From positions 70,918 through 108,200 of the forward strand of contig JBDHJS010000034.1 in the NCBI GenBank assembly GCA_039586795.1: a stretch of 37,283 nt of DNA. The letters run 5' to 3'. Positions 35,529 through 37,283 of the stretch are shown in pieces. Under the pieces are notes generated by a model that was not told the origin of the DNA, did not search any database, and was given only the letters and a program-made list of their open reading frames with translations. The position numbers and the translations under genes are program-made. This DNA comes from Gemmatimonadota bacterium. GTDB lineage: Bacteria; Gemmatimonadota; Gemmatimonadetes; Palauibacterales; KS3-K002. The first letter of the stretch is position 1. Each line of letters starts with the position of its first letter.

Positions 35529-35547
35529 ATCGATAATATCTATCGAT
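35529..35547. promoter_or_regulatory. Operator-like palindrome upstream of the 2-TM / 2-TM / ybjQ operon
   Basis: ATCGATA-N5-TATCGAT in an AT-rich patch. Confidence 0.45.
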
Positions 35548-35648
35548 CACGGCCCTTCGCCACCTAATACTACAACTACACAGCTGAGACAGCTTTATTC
35601 GTGCTGATACGCTCTAGTGAAGCCGGGAGAAGTGCGATAGAAAGAACG

Positions 35649-36878
35649 CTATTCCGTCTTGAGGGCATCGATCGGGTTCCACGAGGCGGCCCGGAAGGCC
35701 GGGTAGACCCCGAACACCATTCCGATCGTCAGGGCTGACGCGACTGAAACCGCGACGGATGCTGGAGTGACGACTGCTGTCCATTCCGTGGAGATCGAGA
35801 CGATCCACGACGAACCCAAGCCAAGCATCAGACCGAACAGCCCACCCGCACCGCTGAGCGTGACCGCCTCGATCAAGAACTGTAACCACACATCTTTACG
35901 CCGCGCGCCGACCGCGATGCGCAATCCGATCTCGGACCGCCGCTCACGCACCGACAGCAGCATGATCGACAAGATGCCAACGCCTCCCACAATGAGCGTC
36001 ACGGCGCCAATACCCGTGATCATCGTGCGGAACGACGCTACCGTCGCCAGCTCGGCTTCCATCACCACGCGCTGGTTCTGGATCCTGAAATCGTCCGGTC
36101 GACCGTAGCGCGCCAGACGATGGCGCTCGCGGAGTATGGCGGCGACCTCCTCGGCGGCATCGTCCAAGTAGGCGTCGCTGGCCACCTCGAGATAGATCAT
36201 CCTCAAGTAGGCGACGTTGAAGACGCGTCGCAGCGCGGTGTTGATCGGGACGATGACCTGGTCGTCCTCATCGGCGGCGCCGTCTACAGAGATGCCCTTA
36301 GCGACCAGCACTCCGATGACCTCGAACGGCACCCGGCCGATGCGGATGGTCTGTCCGACCGGGTCGGTATCCGGAAACAACCGTCGCGCTACTTTGTCCC
36401 CGATCACCGCCAATCGCAGCCCAGCGCGGTCCTCCTCCGAGGTGAAGAACCTCCCGTTTGACGTCGGAAAGTTTCGGATACGCTCATACTCCGACGTCGT
36501 TCCACGCACCGTCATGGGCGTCGAGCGATCGAGAAAGGTGATCTGCTTGGTCACATGCTGAGATGGCGCCACCCGCACGACGAACCCGCTCTGTTCCGCA
36601 ATCGCCTCCGCGTCGCCCAAGGTCAACGTTTCCACCGTCGCCCCGCGAACGAAACGTCGGCCAGCCCGTCGCTCCACCGGCGCGGCATTGACGACCAGCA
36701 TGTTGCGCCCCATCGCCTGGATCCGGGAGACCACCTCGCGCTCGGCGCCATCACCGATCGCCACCATGGCGAGGACGACGGCGACACCGACCGCCATCGA
36801 GCTCAGTGCGAGTAGCGTGCGTACCTTATGACGCCAGAGCGCCTTCCGGGACAGCGCGACGTTGCGGATCCACTTCAT
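35649..36878 (-). CDS. MacB/FtsX-family ABC transporter permease
   Basis: RHKVRTLLAL, GRFFT, VGGVGILSIMLLSVRERRSEIGLRIAVGA, YPAFRAASWNPIDALK; ATGA overlap with the upstream permease. Confidence 0.93.
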   Translation of the reverse strand: MKWIRNVALSRKALWRHKVRTLLALSSMAVGVAVVLAMVAIGDGAEREVVSRIQAMGRNMLVVNAAPVERRAGRRFVRGATVETLTLGDAEAIAEQSGFVVRVAPSQHVTKQITFLDRSTPMTVRGTTSEYERIRNFPTSNGRFFTSEEDRAGLRLAVIGDKVARRLFPDTDPVGQTIRIGRVPFEVIGVLVAKGISVDGAADEDDQVIVPINTALRRVFNVAYLRMIYLEVASDAYLDDAAEEVAAILRERHRLARYGRPDDFRIQNQRVVMEAELATVASFRTMITGIGAVTLIVGGVGILSIMLLSVRERRSEIGLRIAVGARRKDVWLQFLIEAVTLSGAGGLFGLMLGLGSSWIVSISTEWTAVVTPASVAVSVASALTIGMVFGVYPAFRAASWNPIDALKTE

Positions 36879-37283
36879 CTCAGCGCGTCGATTGGATCCA
36901 TCCGCGCGGCCCGGCGCGCGGGCAGGGCACCGGCAGCCAACCCGACGAACACGGCAATACCGAGCCCCAGGAGCGTTACCGACCACGGGAAGACGAAATC
37001 AGCCATCCCGTGCATGCGGATGAACTGCAGGATCAGGATCCCAACTGCGATGGCCAGGAGGCCGCCAACCGTCGTGATGGCGGTCGACTCGAGCACGAAC
37101 TGCCACCAGACGTCGCCCGTGCGGGCACCGATCGCCTTGCGCAGGCCGATCTCGTGCCGGCGCTCGTTTACGGAGAGCAACATGAGGTTGGCGATGACAA
37201 AGCCACCGGCAAAGAGCGATATCAGTGCAACCAGCGGTAGGAATACGCCAAAGGTGCGGTTGGAGGCCGCAACCATCTCTCTC
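36875..37283 (-). CDS. MacB/FtsX-family ABC permease, C-terminal part (runs off the window)
   Basis: NLMLLSVNERRHEIGLRKAIGA, PARRAARMDPIDALR. Confidence 0.9.
   Translation of the reverse strand, partial: REMVAASNRTFGVFLPLVALISLFAGGFVIANLMLLSVNERRHEIGLRKAIGARTGDVWWQFVLESTAITTVGGLLAIAVGILILQFIRMHGMADFVFPWSVTLLGLGIAVFVGLAAGALPARRAARMDPIDALR

Overview
GC-rich bacterial window of about 30 protein-coding genes. The gene repertoire suggests Gemmatimonadota or a similar lineage (inference only, from the kinase-TolB-TPR protein, duplicated MacB/FtsX permease, beta-propeller lipoprotein and Big_2 lipoprotein). No rRNA, tRNA, CRISPR array, transposase or integrase was recognised. Main points: (1) A minus-strand Rieske - cytochrome b - octaheme HAO-like operon in which a membrane-anchored octaheme, apparently lacking the oxidative Tyr cross-link, sits where cytochrome c1 normally is; this is a candidate menaquinol-driven, Q-cycle-coupled N-oxide reductase and the best candidate for a little-described system. 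(2) A GT-C glycosyltransferase gene bracketed by two related heptamer-built palindromes in a cassette-like arrangement. (3) A ~7 kb decaying tract (12.9-19.75 kb) holding an internally deleted amidohydrolase, remnants of an ABC permease and possibly an ECF sigma factor, a frameshifted redoxin, an in-frame microdeletion, and a LytS kinase with an ATA at the expected start. (4) 21-bp-period LytTR-type boxes on both sides of the LytS/LytTR pair. (5) A GH29 fucosidase and three tandem exported sulfatases. All family calls come from visual motif recognition, not database searches.
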